Part shown: one piece after another, positions 50,361-62,470 of the stretch
How the letters are laid out: each line of letters starts with the position of its first letter
Position numbering within the stretch: the first letter of the stretch is position 1
From: Podarcis melisellensis
Lineage: Eukaryota
Length of the DNA: 64,000 bases
NCBI GenBank assembly: GCA_964234715.1
Contig: OZ174291.1
Strand: one strand, 5' to 3'
Notes under the pieces: generated by a model
Told to the model about the DNA's origin: nothing
The model's input: only the letters and a program-made list of their open reading frames with translations
The model's database searches: none
Position numbers and translations under genes: made by a program

Positions 50361-50957
50361 TGTTGGATGGAGGTGAGTCTGAAACCAAAAACACCAAGGG
50401 ACAAAATAAGTGTGGGGTACATCACCTCAGTGTGGGTGGACCACAGCTAACCATGGCTGAAGAAGAATCTAAAGTATATAATTGAAGAACTGAGTTGAAT
50501 ACAGTATGGAGCATGAGAACCAAAGAGGGCCAAATAATTATAAAAGCTCAGATATAAGGTACTTCAGGGAGAGTCAGCGTGTAGTTTTTTCTGATGTTGC
50601 AGAATTCAATTCGCATCAGACCCAACCATCATGAACAATAGAGAAGGGTGATGAGACTATAGGAACTAGAGCCCTGTGGTAGACGCTGTAGAAAAAGAAG
50701 AAAATACTCACATACCTTTTTAGGTCTCCATGTTTCCATGATCGTGCTCTGAATAAAGAAGCTTGTTATGTCAACAATTCTATCAATCATTTTTTGACAG
50801 GCTGGACCACTATAAACTATTATCGCCCCAGGTGGGGATGAGTATGAAAAAATAAAGCTGCAATCTGTTATCTATTTACCTGGGGTTAAGCATTAGTGAA
50901 TACAATTGGGTTTACTTATTAGTAAAACGCAGAGTTTTGTGCTATAAAAGGCAGAAA

Positions 50958-50994
<37 letters not shown>

Positions 50995-51025
50995 GACATT
51001 TAGGAAGAGAGATAATAGAAACTGG

Positions 51026-51273
51026 TGCTCTATAAGACGCACCAGACCACAAGACGCACCTAGTCTTTGGAGGCGGAAAACAAGGAAAAAATATTCTGAA
51101 TCTCAGAAGCCAGATCAGCAAGAGGGATCACTGCGCAGTGAAAGCAGCAATCCCTCTTGCTGTTCTGGCTTTTGGGATAGCTGCGTAGCCTACATTCACT
51201 CCATAAGACGCACACACATTTCCCCTTACTTTTTAGGAGGGAAAAAGTGAGTCTTATAGAGCAAAAAATACGG
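51026..51273. mobile_element. Tc1/mariner-type MITE, left end truncated, in g8 intron
   Basis: gctctataagac...gtcttatagagc inverted ends; right terminus aaaatacgg followed by TA. Confidence 0.7.
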
Positions 51274-51709
51274 TATATTTAACAGGCATACATGACATTA
51301 CTATGGAGATCTTCTCCTACTATGTTTGCTAAATGGCACAGCCGGACTTCAAGTCCCATCTGCCTCAGCCACCATAGACAATGGCCATGGAATATAGGAG
51401 CTATAGTTCATAAACATCGGCAAAGCCCCTGGTTCTCCTTCCCGGTTCTAAACATATGTCCAAAGAATCAGGGATGATTTATTTTATAAACCTGCAGGGG
51501 GTGAAGGAGGGATGGGGAACCCGTGGCCCTGAAGTTGTTGGAGGATCCCAAGTCCTCTCAGCCAGCATTCCCAATGGACAAGAATGATGGAAGCAACATT
51601 GCAAGGACCTCAGGATACCCATCCCTGCTCTAATTGGAAGAGCCATCTAGCCTTACTTTAATGTGAACCTATGACAGGCTTGGAAATATCCCCCCAAGAA
51701 AATAGGCTT

Positions 51710-51793
51710 ACCTGCTGCTTTGGTGAGATGTAGTGAAGACAGGAGAGTCAGATGAAGCTGTTGGAGAAACTGGGAGAACGTTGAGCTTTTATA
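51710..51793 (-). promoter_or_regulatory. g8 TATA, exon 1 and donor (type A)
   Basis: Minus-strand TATAAAA 51787-51793; cagcag|gtaagc donor at 51710-51711. Confidence 0.85.
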
Positions 51794-52290
51794 CAGTTCT
51801 GCAACCGCCCCAGTGATCAAGGGACCGCCTCTTCTGACTAATATTTTATTTAGTTGTTGACAATTTAATGTGCAAAATTACTTCACTAAGCACAAAAGGT
51901 CACAAAATTAAGTGGTTGTAATAATGAAAGACTAATAGTCTCAACACCATTCCCACTCCCTTCCTTTTAATTTTGCTGACTTCGAGTCTGATGCTTGAAA
52001 CCAGATGCACCCAGAGGGAGCAGATAGAGATCTTCAAAGCTCTTTCATCAGCTTAAGGGACTCTAGGACATCATCAAAGATTTTGCATATGCATACTGGA
52101 TTCTAAGAGATCTCCAGTATCAGTGTCCTCACGAAAATCCATCAGCACACAGTTGTATTCAGTTTCCCCTCATCTACACATTACTGGAGTGCAATTCTCT
52201 TTAATATCATACATCGTTGTGCCTTCTTTTCTTTAAGATATGCATTTGTAGGCACAGTTTACTCCAATGTATTCATTTTGCTACCCATTA

Positions 52291-52519
52291 CAGTGCTACC
52301 TTGGTTCTCAAACGACTTAGTTGTCGAACAAATCAGCTCCCAAGCGCCAAAAACCTGGAAGTAAGTGTTCCAGTTTTTGAATGTTTTTTGAAGGCCAAAC
52401 ACCTGACACAACTTCCGCTTGACCGCAGGAAGCTCCTGCAGCCAATCGGAAGCCGCCCCTTGGTTTCCCAATGGTTTCGGGAGACAAATGGATTAAGTTT
52501 GAGACCCAAGATTTCACTG
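52291..52519. mobile_element. Tc1/mariner MITE related to 25128-25368
   Basis: TA-cagtgctaccttggttctcaaac ... gtttgagacccaagatttcactg-TA. Confidence 0.75.
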
Positions 52520-54712
52520 TACTTGGATAACTGCACTGGGAAATGCAGACAGCTACAGATTTTGTAGCACAGCAATGTTTCAGTTTGACATTGTTTCAAA
52601 AAGGGGTGAATAAATTTTATTTTTCTTTAAGGGTCAATTGAATTGAATTTCTCTCCCATTCCTAAACTCACCTGCCTCTGTCACTGAAAAAACTTCATTC
52701 CTGTTTCTACTTAAACTTACTCTACTTACTCTACTCTACTTACTCTACTTGGTCCTTGTTCCCTACTGTCATGGTAGTATATATGGTTCTGACAAGATAT
52801 CACTGCACTCCCATCAGCCCCAGCCAGCATGGCCAATAGTCAGAAATTATGTGAGTGAAATCCACAAAAACTAGGGGGAATCCTGTTGGCTACCTCTGCC
52901 CTGCTTAAACTAAGCCTAAAGCAAATACATCCAATCCAGGAGTGAGGAATCTGTGGAACCTCCTCTATTGCTGAGGTTCATATCCAAGGAAAAGTGTGCA
53001 CAGTTCCCTATTCAGACGCGCTTCTTGTCATTTTGTAAGAATGCCAGAGGCTGAGCTATAAATGGCCAATAGCTATGATAGCTGTGTTTGAAATTCACCA
53101 GGTGCCAGGCTCATTGGCCACTTGCGACCAAGTGCTGATGCCCAGGCACCAGGATGGTGCCTGATGTCTACACTATCTGGAGGTGCATGACTGGGGATCC
53201 ATGGATCTTGGCTCTTTTCATACTCTAGCAGCACATCCTGTAGAATTCTGTTATATTTTATCTGCAAAATCAGAATGAACTTCATTCTGTTCTCAGTCAC
53301 CAACTTCAGGAGCCAAAAGGTTCTATTGGAAAATACAACTTTTGAGCCATCTGGCCCCAAAATGGCAACTAGGCATTCCATTTTGGCAACTGTAACCCTG
53401 GTTTAAGGAGCCATAGGTCACCTAGCTTATATACCTGAGCTTCCAACACTGTATGCATGTTCTATTTCCACTATCAGAGACAGTAAGCCTCTGAATACCA
53501 GTTGCGGGGAATCTCAGGTGGTGACTGTGCTGTTGCATCCAGGTCTTGTTTTCAGACTTCCCATTAAGAGATCTGGTTGGCCACTGGGAGAATAGGATGC
53601 TGGGCTTAATGGGTCACATTTAGCCTGATCCAGAAGGATTTTTTTTTAGAACTGCATAAATTCATGGAGAATGAGGGTGTCAATGGTCACGAGCCATGAT
53701 GACTATGTTCAATAGCTACTGTCAGCACGCTTTTGTATACCTATTGCTGGAAATCACTGCTGTCGGATTCAGGCCATGATAATGAGCTTTCCATAGACAT
53801 GTGTGATAACAGAATGCTGGGTTAGATGGGCCTTTAGTCTGATCCAGTCAACCCTCTTTATGTCCTTAAATCCCTGGTTCTTTGAAAACAGCTGACACTA
53901 TACGAACCTTTTATTTCTTCAAATATCTTCTTTGAAAATAATTCCCAAATTCTCAAACGCTTCCTTGCTTTATTGCGTACACTTATCCATACCTCACTAT
54001 ATGGTACGTTTGCATCATTGAAGACTGGAAGAGCCTTGTTCTCAATGACCAACCAGATGTTTATGGGAAGCCCGACAAGCACGAACTGAGCTAACAGCAA
54101 CTCTTTCCCCAAAAAACAATATCCTTGATTGTAATGCATTTTTTGTATGTTATTTTCACTTAGTACAGTATGTCCATTCTTATACACAATTTTGTACACA
54201 TCACCTGGCTGCAGGACTGCATGGAAATTTTTGTGTAAGTGTGGATTTCATAGGATTACACTGCTTCAATTCCTATACCATTTCAGAAAACGCAACCTGG
54301 ATCAAATTTCTCCCCTAATCTTACCTCCAACAGTGGAGGTTAAACATAAACAAAACCTGCTATGTGTTGTGCACAGAATGACTAACTAAAATCCTGGGTA
54401 TTAAAGTCAATTAGACTTCTGAGAAAATCAACAACTATTTTGAAAATAATGAACGGGGACAAAACACCTTTTGATCTGCCTGCCAGGAGGAACAGACAAG
54501 AATTTTTATTTTTCTTAATCTTTTATTAACTTTGTCTTGTGGAAGAATAACAATGAGGAGAGTGGGGTGCTGTGAAAACACTTAACACTTTTGCCTCGTT
54601 TCTTAATTAGGGCCATGATGCATTCCAAAAACTGCTTACTAATTAAAGCCGGAGGGGAAAGGAGGTGTATCCAAGCTGGATGTGGAGCCACCAGCGGATA
54701 AAGATGAAATGG

Positions 54713-54801
54713 TATAAAAGGGCTCCCTGAGCTGAGATCTTCCAACAGCTTCCTTTGGCTTCATCTCCTTCACTTCGTTTCTACTCCTCTGAGACTTTGG
54801 T
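54713..54801 (+). promoter_or_regulatory. g9 TATA, exon 1 and donor (type B)
   Basis: TATAAAA 54713-54719; agactttg|gtaagtca donor at 54800. Confidence 0.85.
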
Positions 54802-55653
54802 AAGTCAAGTTTGTTCTCATATGATGTTATATTTGAATAATTCTTGCAGTGGTCAGAGCATTCAGGTAACTGAACTCCAAAAGAAGGCTAAAATTCTATT
54901 ACTCTGTGAATTGGGTAGATCTTCCACCAGGAACCTTACCCTCTTAAGTTGTTGGCTGGCTACTTTTCTATATGTACCTTATGAAATCAAGTATTTAGCT
55001 GCCTGATTCTGAGTGTTAGTCCATCTAGCTCAGTTTTGTCTACACTAACCAGCTGAAGTTCTCTGAGTTTCAAGAAGGGAATCTTTAGCAGCTCAATCTG
55101 CAGATTCCAAGGACCAAACCTGGGATGTTCTGAATGAAAACCACGTGTTTGGCCACTGAACAATTGTCCTCCCCCTAAAATTATAGTAAGGTTCTAATCT
55201 TCATGTTTCCAAATAAATACCTGACTCAAATGAGCATAGGGAGTTGTCCTGTACCATGACAGACCATTGGAATCCCTAGTTCAGTTTTACCTACTCAGAT
55301 TGGCCGTTGTTCTACAGGCCTTGAAGCAGGGGACATTCCTAGACTATCCTGAAATTATCAGGGATTGGATTTGGGATCCACAACGAAGAGAAGGGCTGTA
55401 GTGACAAAAGCAGAGAAGAATAAAGGTTTCAGGAATGAGGGCTTAATGTTTTCAGAATTATAAAAGACAGCTGATTTTCAGTGATGGAGAAAGGAAGATG
55501 GATTGAGTTCAGTGAACTGGGAATGGGTAAAATATCCTACTGCCACAGGATGATTATGTCTGAAATATTCTCCCCACTGTCCATTGAAGTGATGTACCCC
55601 ACACTTATTTTGTCCCTTGGTGTTTTTGGTTTCAGACTCACCTCCATCCAACA

Positions 55654-56145
55654 ATGGTTGACTGTGGTCCATCCTGCGCTGTCCCATCCTGCGCTTCCAC
55701 CCCCACTGTTGGGTTTGGCTCAGCAGGAGGTCTTGGCTATGGTGGTCTCGGCTATGGATTGGGAGGTCTTGGCTATGGAAATGGAGGATTCGGCTATGGA
55801 TTTGGTGGTCTCGGCTATGGAAATGGAGGTGCTGAAAGAGCAGCCAACCTTGGCATCCTAGATGGGATTATCCCTAAACCCATCAACCAGATCCCACCAG
55901 CAGAGGTCGTGGTCCAGCCACCTGCCTGCATTGTGACCATCCCAGGGCCCATCCTCTCTGCCAGCTGTGAGCCTGTGGCTGTTGGAGGCAACACTCCATG
56001 TGCAGTTGGTGGTTCCGGGATCGTAGGAGGCTATGGGGGCTTGGGCCTTGGGTCTGGTTTCCTTGGAAGCTCTGGAGGTTTCGGCTATGGTTTGGGCTAC
56101 GGGAGGGGAAGGAAGTTCGGGCGTCGTTTTAGCATCTGTTCATAG
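55654..56145 (+). CDS. Corneous beta-protein g9, 163 aa (protein identical to g8)
   Basis: ORF translation identical to g8; acceptor AG 55634-55635; AATAAA 56351-56356. Confidence 0.95.
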   Translation: MVDCGPSCAVPSCASTPTVGFGSAGGLGYGGLGYGLGGLGYGNGGFGYGFGGLGYGNGGAERAANLGILDGIIPKPINQIPPAEVVVQPPACIVTIPGPILSASCEPVAVGGNTPCAVGGSGIVGGYGGLGLGSGFLGSSGGFGYGLGYGRGRKFGRRFSICS

Positions 56146-57227
56146 ACCAATTAAACCTGAGAAGCATATCCTGAACTGATAATCAGAGAGCTTGATACAG
56201 ATCTATCGGCCATGGTTCAGAAAAGCTGAATTCAAGCAATCACTCCTGGAATTCATCCTCCGTTCTTTGCTTCAGAGTGCAGAAGAAAAAAGATCCTTCT
56301 ACACCGATTTTCTTCTTTGCCCCTTTCAATGCTCTTACTTTGACCTTTTCAATAAAGCTTGTTCTGCATTCTGATAACCTGTTTGTCTTGGTTTTTAAAT
56401 GTAAAGCCTCAGTTCCACATAGCAAGGTGTCCAGGGCCTCAGCTGTCTGAAGCAGTTTTTGGCTAAACTAAAATTGGAACATTTGCAGGACATCTTTCTC
56501 TCTGGCCCCCTTAATGGTATAGTTCTATGAGGTTAAAATAAGGTACATTCACATTGAGAGAATTATCCTTTCCCCCTTTTTCAAAACAAGTCCCCTCTTA
56601 GAGTGCCTCAAACCATTATTTATTCAGAGAAACAACAGTCATAATAGCTGGATAATCTTTTGTAGTTTTGCAACATTTGCATACGTACACAGTGTGAAAT
56701 GTATTGTGGACTACAGCTATTGTAATCAATATGTTACAAGACTTTGGACAATAACATATTTTTGGTGGGTGTTAATGTAGTCAAATGCTGCAGGATTATC
56801 CAGCCTCTCAGTCAGATACTGTATTTTGATAACAGTTTTAAATTATTGCATACACAAGTTAAAGAAATATATTAAGCATTTAAAGCTATCCAAACTAGTG
56901 GCAATCGCCACATCTTCTGGTACTGAATCTAGAAGTTTATGCATTTTGTGAAGAACTATATCCTTTTGCTTCCACTGAATTCTGCAAGATTCTGGTTCCC
57001 TGCATGACCCCTGCTTCTAGCAAGATGAGAAAGGGAGAAAAAAGTCTCTCTATACATTTTCTCGAATTTTGAGAGACAGAAATCCTCAGAATGTCCACAA
57101 GGTGGTTGTGTTAGCAGACCAATCAGCCTTGAAGAGGAGGAGAGAGGCAAGCAAACTGCACAGAGAAAGGTGCGAAGTCAGGTCAGTAGCATCTTAGTGC
57201 CCCAGCTCCCCAGTTAAAATGGCAAAA

Positions 57228-57362
57228 NNNNNNNNNNNNNNNNNNNNNNNNNNNNNNNNNNNNNNNNNNNNNNNNNNNNNNNNNNNNNNNNNNNNNNNNN
57301 NNNNNNNNNNNNNNNNNNNNNNNNNNNNNNNNNNNNNNNNNNNNNNNNNNNNNNNNNNNNNN
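57228..57362. other. Assembly gap (135 N)
   Basis: Run of N. Confidence 1.
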
Positions 57363-57859
57363 ACCCAACCAGAGCTGGGCTCAGGGCGGCTAACACCAGT
57401 AAAATTACAATAAAAACATACCAGAAAAAAACCCAATTTAAAATACAGGTTAAAATTCAATTGAAAATGCAGCCTCATTTTAAAAGTAGCCCATAGATCA
57501 AAACTATAAGGGGAGAGAAACATAAGGGTCAGACTGAGTCCAAACCAGTCCAAGCCCTCCCAAAAGGTCAAACTCTGTAAAATGAGGTTTGAGATAGCCG
57601 CAAACTTTGACACTGAGTTAATGGAGGAAATTTAATGAATAACAACACACAGTGGGCATCTCTAGACACAGGTACAGGAATCACTTTATTAAGAGAAGAT
57701 CTAAATACTTCCACAAATATGTTTCCTCACAAAACAGCAAATGTCACAGATGGCATCCAGATTAGCTCCCAGTGTCTGAGGGAAAGATTTACTGGAGAGG
57801 GAAAGAAGAGCCAAAATTCTTAGGCAAAATATACTGGGAGCCGGAGAGAATGGTTGACT

Positions 57860-58007
57860 GGTTCTGGGCTGGTAGGAGGCTATGGCTATGGGTCTCCTTG
57901 GAAGCAATATCGGTGGCTAGCTTGGAGGTTCCCTTTATGGTCTGAGGAGGGGTGGGCTCTTTGGAAGGAAGGCCCTGCTGGGATGTCATGGTAGTGTGTG
58001 CTTTTAG
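57860..58007 (+). pseudogene. Orphan, decayed CBP C-terminal tail (displaced original 3' end of g9)
   Basis: GSGLVGGYGYG, then a 5-nt deletion versus g7, then LLGSNIGG*LGGSLYGLRRGGLFGRKALLGCHGSVCF* (internal TAG 57918-57920). 3'UTR with AATAAA 58294-58299. Confidence 0.88.
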
Positions 58008-60969
58008 ATATATTGGACTCTTGAAGAACAAATGTGTGGTGATGACAGGAATGACACTCAACGGAAAAAGATGATGCAGATCCATTACTGAGTGTCTCAT
58101 TCTGGATTCTGAGCTTTTGGGACCATCATCAAGCCAACAGCTTTTAAATGGCTCTCAGCAACCTTTCCTTACTCCTTTTCAAGTCTTTCCTCAAAGTCTG
58201 TAGACCAGTAATAAGTTCAGAGCCACGTTCCATTGTGTGTGCCTTTTCCTTGTTCATGTCTGCTTCTTGTCCAATTGCCCACTCAATATTTTCAATAAAA
58301 CTCATTCTGAATTCAAATATTTCTCTCTTTCTTGGTTTGTTACCTGGTCTTATTTCTCAAAAGGAAGGGGGGGAGGGTATTATCTCGTGCTGGAACAGTT
58401 TTGGAGTATTTTGTCCTAGGGAGTTCCTGAGCTAACAGAGAACCGAAGGGAGGACATACTAGGCTCATAAGTTAGTGGAAGAGTGGGAAACTGCATGAAT
58501 TCAATATTTATCGCATTTGTATCCCACCTTTTCTTCAGGGAGCTCAAGGTAGAACATACAGTCCTCCTCCTCATTTTATCCTTACAACAATCCTGTGAAT
58601 TTTGTTAGGCTGAGAGTGAGTTGACTGGCACAAGCTCACCCAGTGACCTTCATGGCCAAGTGGGGCTTTGAACCCTATTTCCCCATGTCTTAGTCCAACA
58701 CTCTAATCACTACACAACACTGGCTCCTTGGGCTTCCCAAATGTTGCTAAGGTACAACTTCAACCATCCCTGGCCACTGGTTGTACTTTGTTTTGGACCT
58801 AATATTTCTTAAAGTCTAACAGGAACCAAGTTAAATCTTCTTTGGGGTGGAAGGCGGATGCTCTCTGTCTCTGTGTTACCTGTCCAAAGAGAGATCCTTA
58901 CTGTTGACTTAGGAGCATCCCTTCATTATTGAGGACTTGGAGGATAGGTATATAGGAAGCTGCTTTACACTGAATCACACTGTTGGGTCTATCTAGATCA
59001 GTGCTGTCTTTAGTGACCGGCAGTGGTTTTCCGAGCTCGACTTGGAGATGCCAGGGAGTGCCTTCTGCATGCAAAGCAGGTGCTCTACCATGGCAATATG
59101 GTCCTTCCTGTAGAAGTAAAATAGAATCTCAGTCCTTATGATTCTGAATAAAAGGCTGGTTTAAGTAGGGGCATCAGGAGCTACTTCGTATGGCGTGAGA
59201 CCATTAGTTCATACAGCTCTGTATTGTCTATGCTGACTGTCAGTAGCTATCCAGGGTTTCCGATAGGGTTCTTTCCCAGCCCTGGTTGGAGATGCAATGG
59301 ATTGAAACTTGGATATTCTGCATGCAAAGCAGGTACTCTGCAACTGATATGTGGCTCTGTGGAATCTTAGTCAAAGGCAAGTGGAACAAGGGGTCTTCTC
59401 ACTGCTCACGTCTCAGGGATTGTGCTGAGGAGGGCTGCACTGAGGAGCAATGGTGGGAGTCTCCCCCTCCCCCTGCTCCTGAATCTTCCCAGGAGCAGTG
59501 GGACAGTATATGTCAGGAGCGTAGCTGAGCCAAGAGATGAAGGAGATGGAAGAGAAACAGGGTTTGGCTCTCAATATGACAGCCTGCAATTAGAGTTGGA
59601 GGAAGTGGGCTCGGCCCCCCTTCCCCAAGTGTTCACTGAGTTAGTTAGAGCAGACACAGAAAGCTCGCAAGACGAGGGAGGGGAAGAGATAGACGGCACT
59701 GGAGGGGTTGCTAAGCAACAATCAGATAGGCAGAGGACTGAGAGTTCATCCTTGGACAGTGTAGATTTCCCCCTTCCCTCTGCTCACGTCCAAAGAGCTG
59801 AAAAGGTCAGATTGCAACAATAGTGCAAAAGGGGAAAGGTGGGACGTTGGCGTTTTTCCTGTTGTGACACAAGTGATTTCGCAGAGTGACCAGACGATTT
59901 TTATGGAGCAGAGGGCTGTAGCCATGCTCTGATTGTATTGTGAATAAATAAATGAACAGCTAGGAGGAGGAGAACTGGGAGAGAGAGAGAGTTAATGGAC
60001 TCTCTTTCACTGGAAAGCGTCCATCCGCTCAGCCAAAGGTCAAGGAGAGCAGATAAGGTGGCAGCACAGAAAGCAAAGTGGTTGTGAGATCAGGTTGCAA
60101 GACATGGATGTGACGTGGATGACAAGAGGGGAAGTGGGTGGAATCCTTAATTGGCAACACCTTCATTCCTAGAAATGGATTCTTTGTTCTTTCACTGTGA
60201 TCATTAAAGTTTCTAACTGGTAAGAGACTCCTTTTGCTTTGTTCTGCTTATCTGCTGCCAAAGGAGGGGGCGGGGAGCCAAGTCCCTGAAGTCTGACCAG
60301 GTCTGTAACCTGAGGTACCACTGTATATCTGTTCTCATATATATCCCATATATATTTTGAAAATGCAGATTTTTTACATTAATCCTGCTAATGTCTTCAC
60401 CTGTTTACAGTACGTTTGTAAATACTCAATAAACCATTTCTGTTCCTTTCTAAATATAGATCTATTTATATTGATTTCTTAATGATGCCTAATTTCAAGG
60501 CACCTCTACCGGTGATGGGTTCTGACACTTTTGGCATGTGTAATCTCCCTCCCCTGGCAGACTGCTGGGAGAAGGAAGGAGCTGTTGGCTGGTGCTTGCA
60601 TAGAAAAATGCCTGGGAAGCACTTGCATGCTGCCTTGCCTTCCACGATGGAAGAGAGGATGAACAGAAACACAATGAAACAAATGCTTCAAGTAATTTGC
60701 CCAGAATGCCCTAGCACAACGACACTTCATAATGACTTAGAGAGGAAGAAATCTTGCCACAATTTCTTTCGAGTAGCGCTCAGCACTAGCAGTGGCAAGA
60801 ACACAGCTTTCAGGTTATATCTTTTTCAGGGTGGTGGGTTATGTCTTGGTGGGGGTGTAGCTGATGCTCCAGATGCTTCAGCTGTTGGGTGGTCTCCTAC
60901 TGAGTTCACGGATGTATGCTAATCATGTAGGTTAATTTCAACTCGACACGTGGTGGATAATTGCTGAAT

Positions 60970-61306
60970 TTGTTGTTGTTCTTTAGTTGTTTAGTCGTGT
61001 CCGACTCTTCGTGACCCCATGGACCAGAGAACGCCAGGCACTTCTGTCTTGCGCTGCCTCCCACAGTTTGGTCAAACTCATGTTGGTAGCTTCGAAAACA
61101 CTGTCCCACCATCTCATCCTCTGTCGTCCCCTTCTCCTTGTGCCCTCCATCTTTCCCAACATCAGGGTCTTTTCCAGGGAGTCTTCTCTTCTCATGAGGT
61201 GGTCATACATAATAAGACAATGACCTATCCCCCACAACAGTCTTCTCTTCTCATCAGGTGGCCAAAGTATTGGAGCCTCAGCTTCACGATCTGTCCTTCC
61301 AGTGAA
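60970..61306 (-). mobile_element. BovB LINE 3' fragment with internal insert and TSD
   Basis: BovB ORF end; TSD ggata(a/g)ttgctgaat at 60955-60969 and 61307-61321. Confidence 0.9.
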
Positions 61307-61724
61307 GGATAGTTGCTGAATAGTGCTATACTATTTAAGCCTTGTGTATCATCATCATCATCATCATCAATTTTAATTTGTATAGCATCTTTCTATCTTA
61401 CAGTACCCAAGGTGGTTTACAAGCTGAAGAAACGAAGAATGTACACCTTATAACAATCTAATGCAATACAAAACTGTGTTAATGAAACATAACTTTAAAA
61501 TAAGCAACCTACATCAAATAAAGCAACATTCAACAATCATTAGAATAGTATAGAATGATATTAAGTATCAGCATATAAAAAATAATCAGAAATCTACGCT
61601 TAACAATTACAATAAATAATTTCTAAACTACAATCGATAAAACAACGGCCAGCCACGGTGCATAAAATAATACAAAACAAATTGAGAAGCAGAGACTGAA
61701 GGGTTGGGCAAAGCCTTATATTAA

Positions 61725-62470
61725 TAATAATAAATTTTATTTATACCCCGACCTCCCCAGCCAAGACCGGGCTCAGGGCGGCTAACACCAAATATAAAAA
61801 CAATTTATTGAAATACAGCTTAAAAACAATATTAAAATACATTAAAACATTAAAATGCAATCTCATTTCAGTGGAAACTCAACCAAAAACTTTTTGGGGG
61901 ATAAAAACGTCAAGTCTTCATCAAGGCTAACTATCCAGACTGGTCCTACATGGGCCAGAAAAAAGCCAGGGAAGTCCCCAAATAGGAGTTCCAACACAGA
62001 AGGAGAAAGGAAAAAAGAAAGAGGGGGAGGGAATCAAATTGATTCCAAGCCAAAGGCCAGGCAGAACAACTCTGTCTTATAGGCCCTGCGGGAAGAAATC
62101 AGATCCTGCAGGGCCCTGGTCTCATGAGACAGAGCGTTCCACCAGGCCGGAGCCAATGTTGAAAAGACCCTGGCTCTGGTTGAGGCTAATCTGACTTCCT
62201 TAGGGCCCAGGACCACTAGGGTGTTGTGATTTATGGACCTTAAGGTCCTCCGTGGGGCATACCAGGAGAGGCGGTCCCGTAGGTACGAGGGTCCCTGGCC
62301 GTGAAGGGCTTTAAAGGTCAAAACCAGCACCTTAAATCTGACCCTGTACTCCACCAGGAGCCAGTGCAGCTGGAAAAGCACTGGGTGAATATGCTCCCAT
62401 GGCAGAGACCCCGTGAGGAGCCTCGCTGCAGCATTCTGCACCCGCTGGATTTTCTGGGACAGCTTCAAGG
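61725..62470 (-). mobile_element. L2 LINE 3' fragment
   Basis: IQRVQNAAARLLTG...LHWL.V.YRVRFKVLVLTFKALHGQGPSYLRD. Confidence 0.9.

Noticed and set aside
48128-57855. Inverted duplications as pure assembly artefacts
   Set aside because: Arms differ by substitutions and indels, promoters are of different classes, and each orphan has its own decay pattern. Long-read confirmation is still advisable because of the gap.
59286-60922. ORFs of 133 aa (59422-59823) and 146 aa (60482-60922) as additional EDC genes
   Set aside because: No recognisable domain, EDC-like composition, TATA/exon-1 structure or acceptor; the first lies in a probable repeat.
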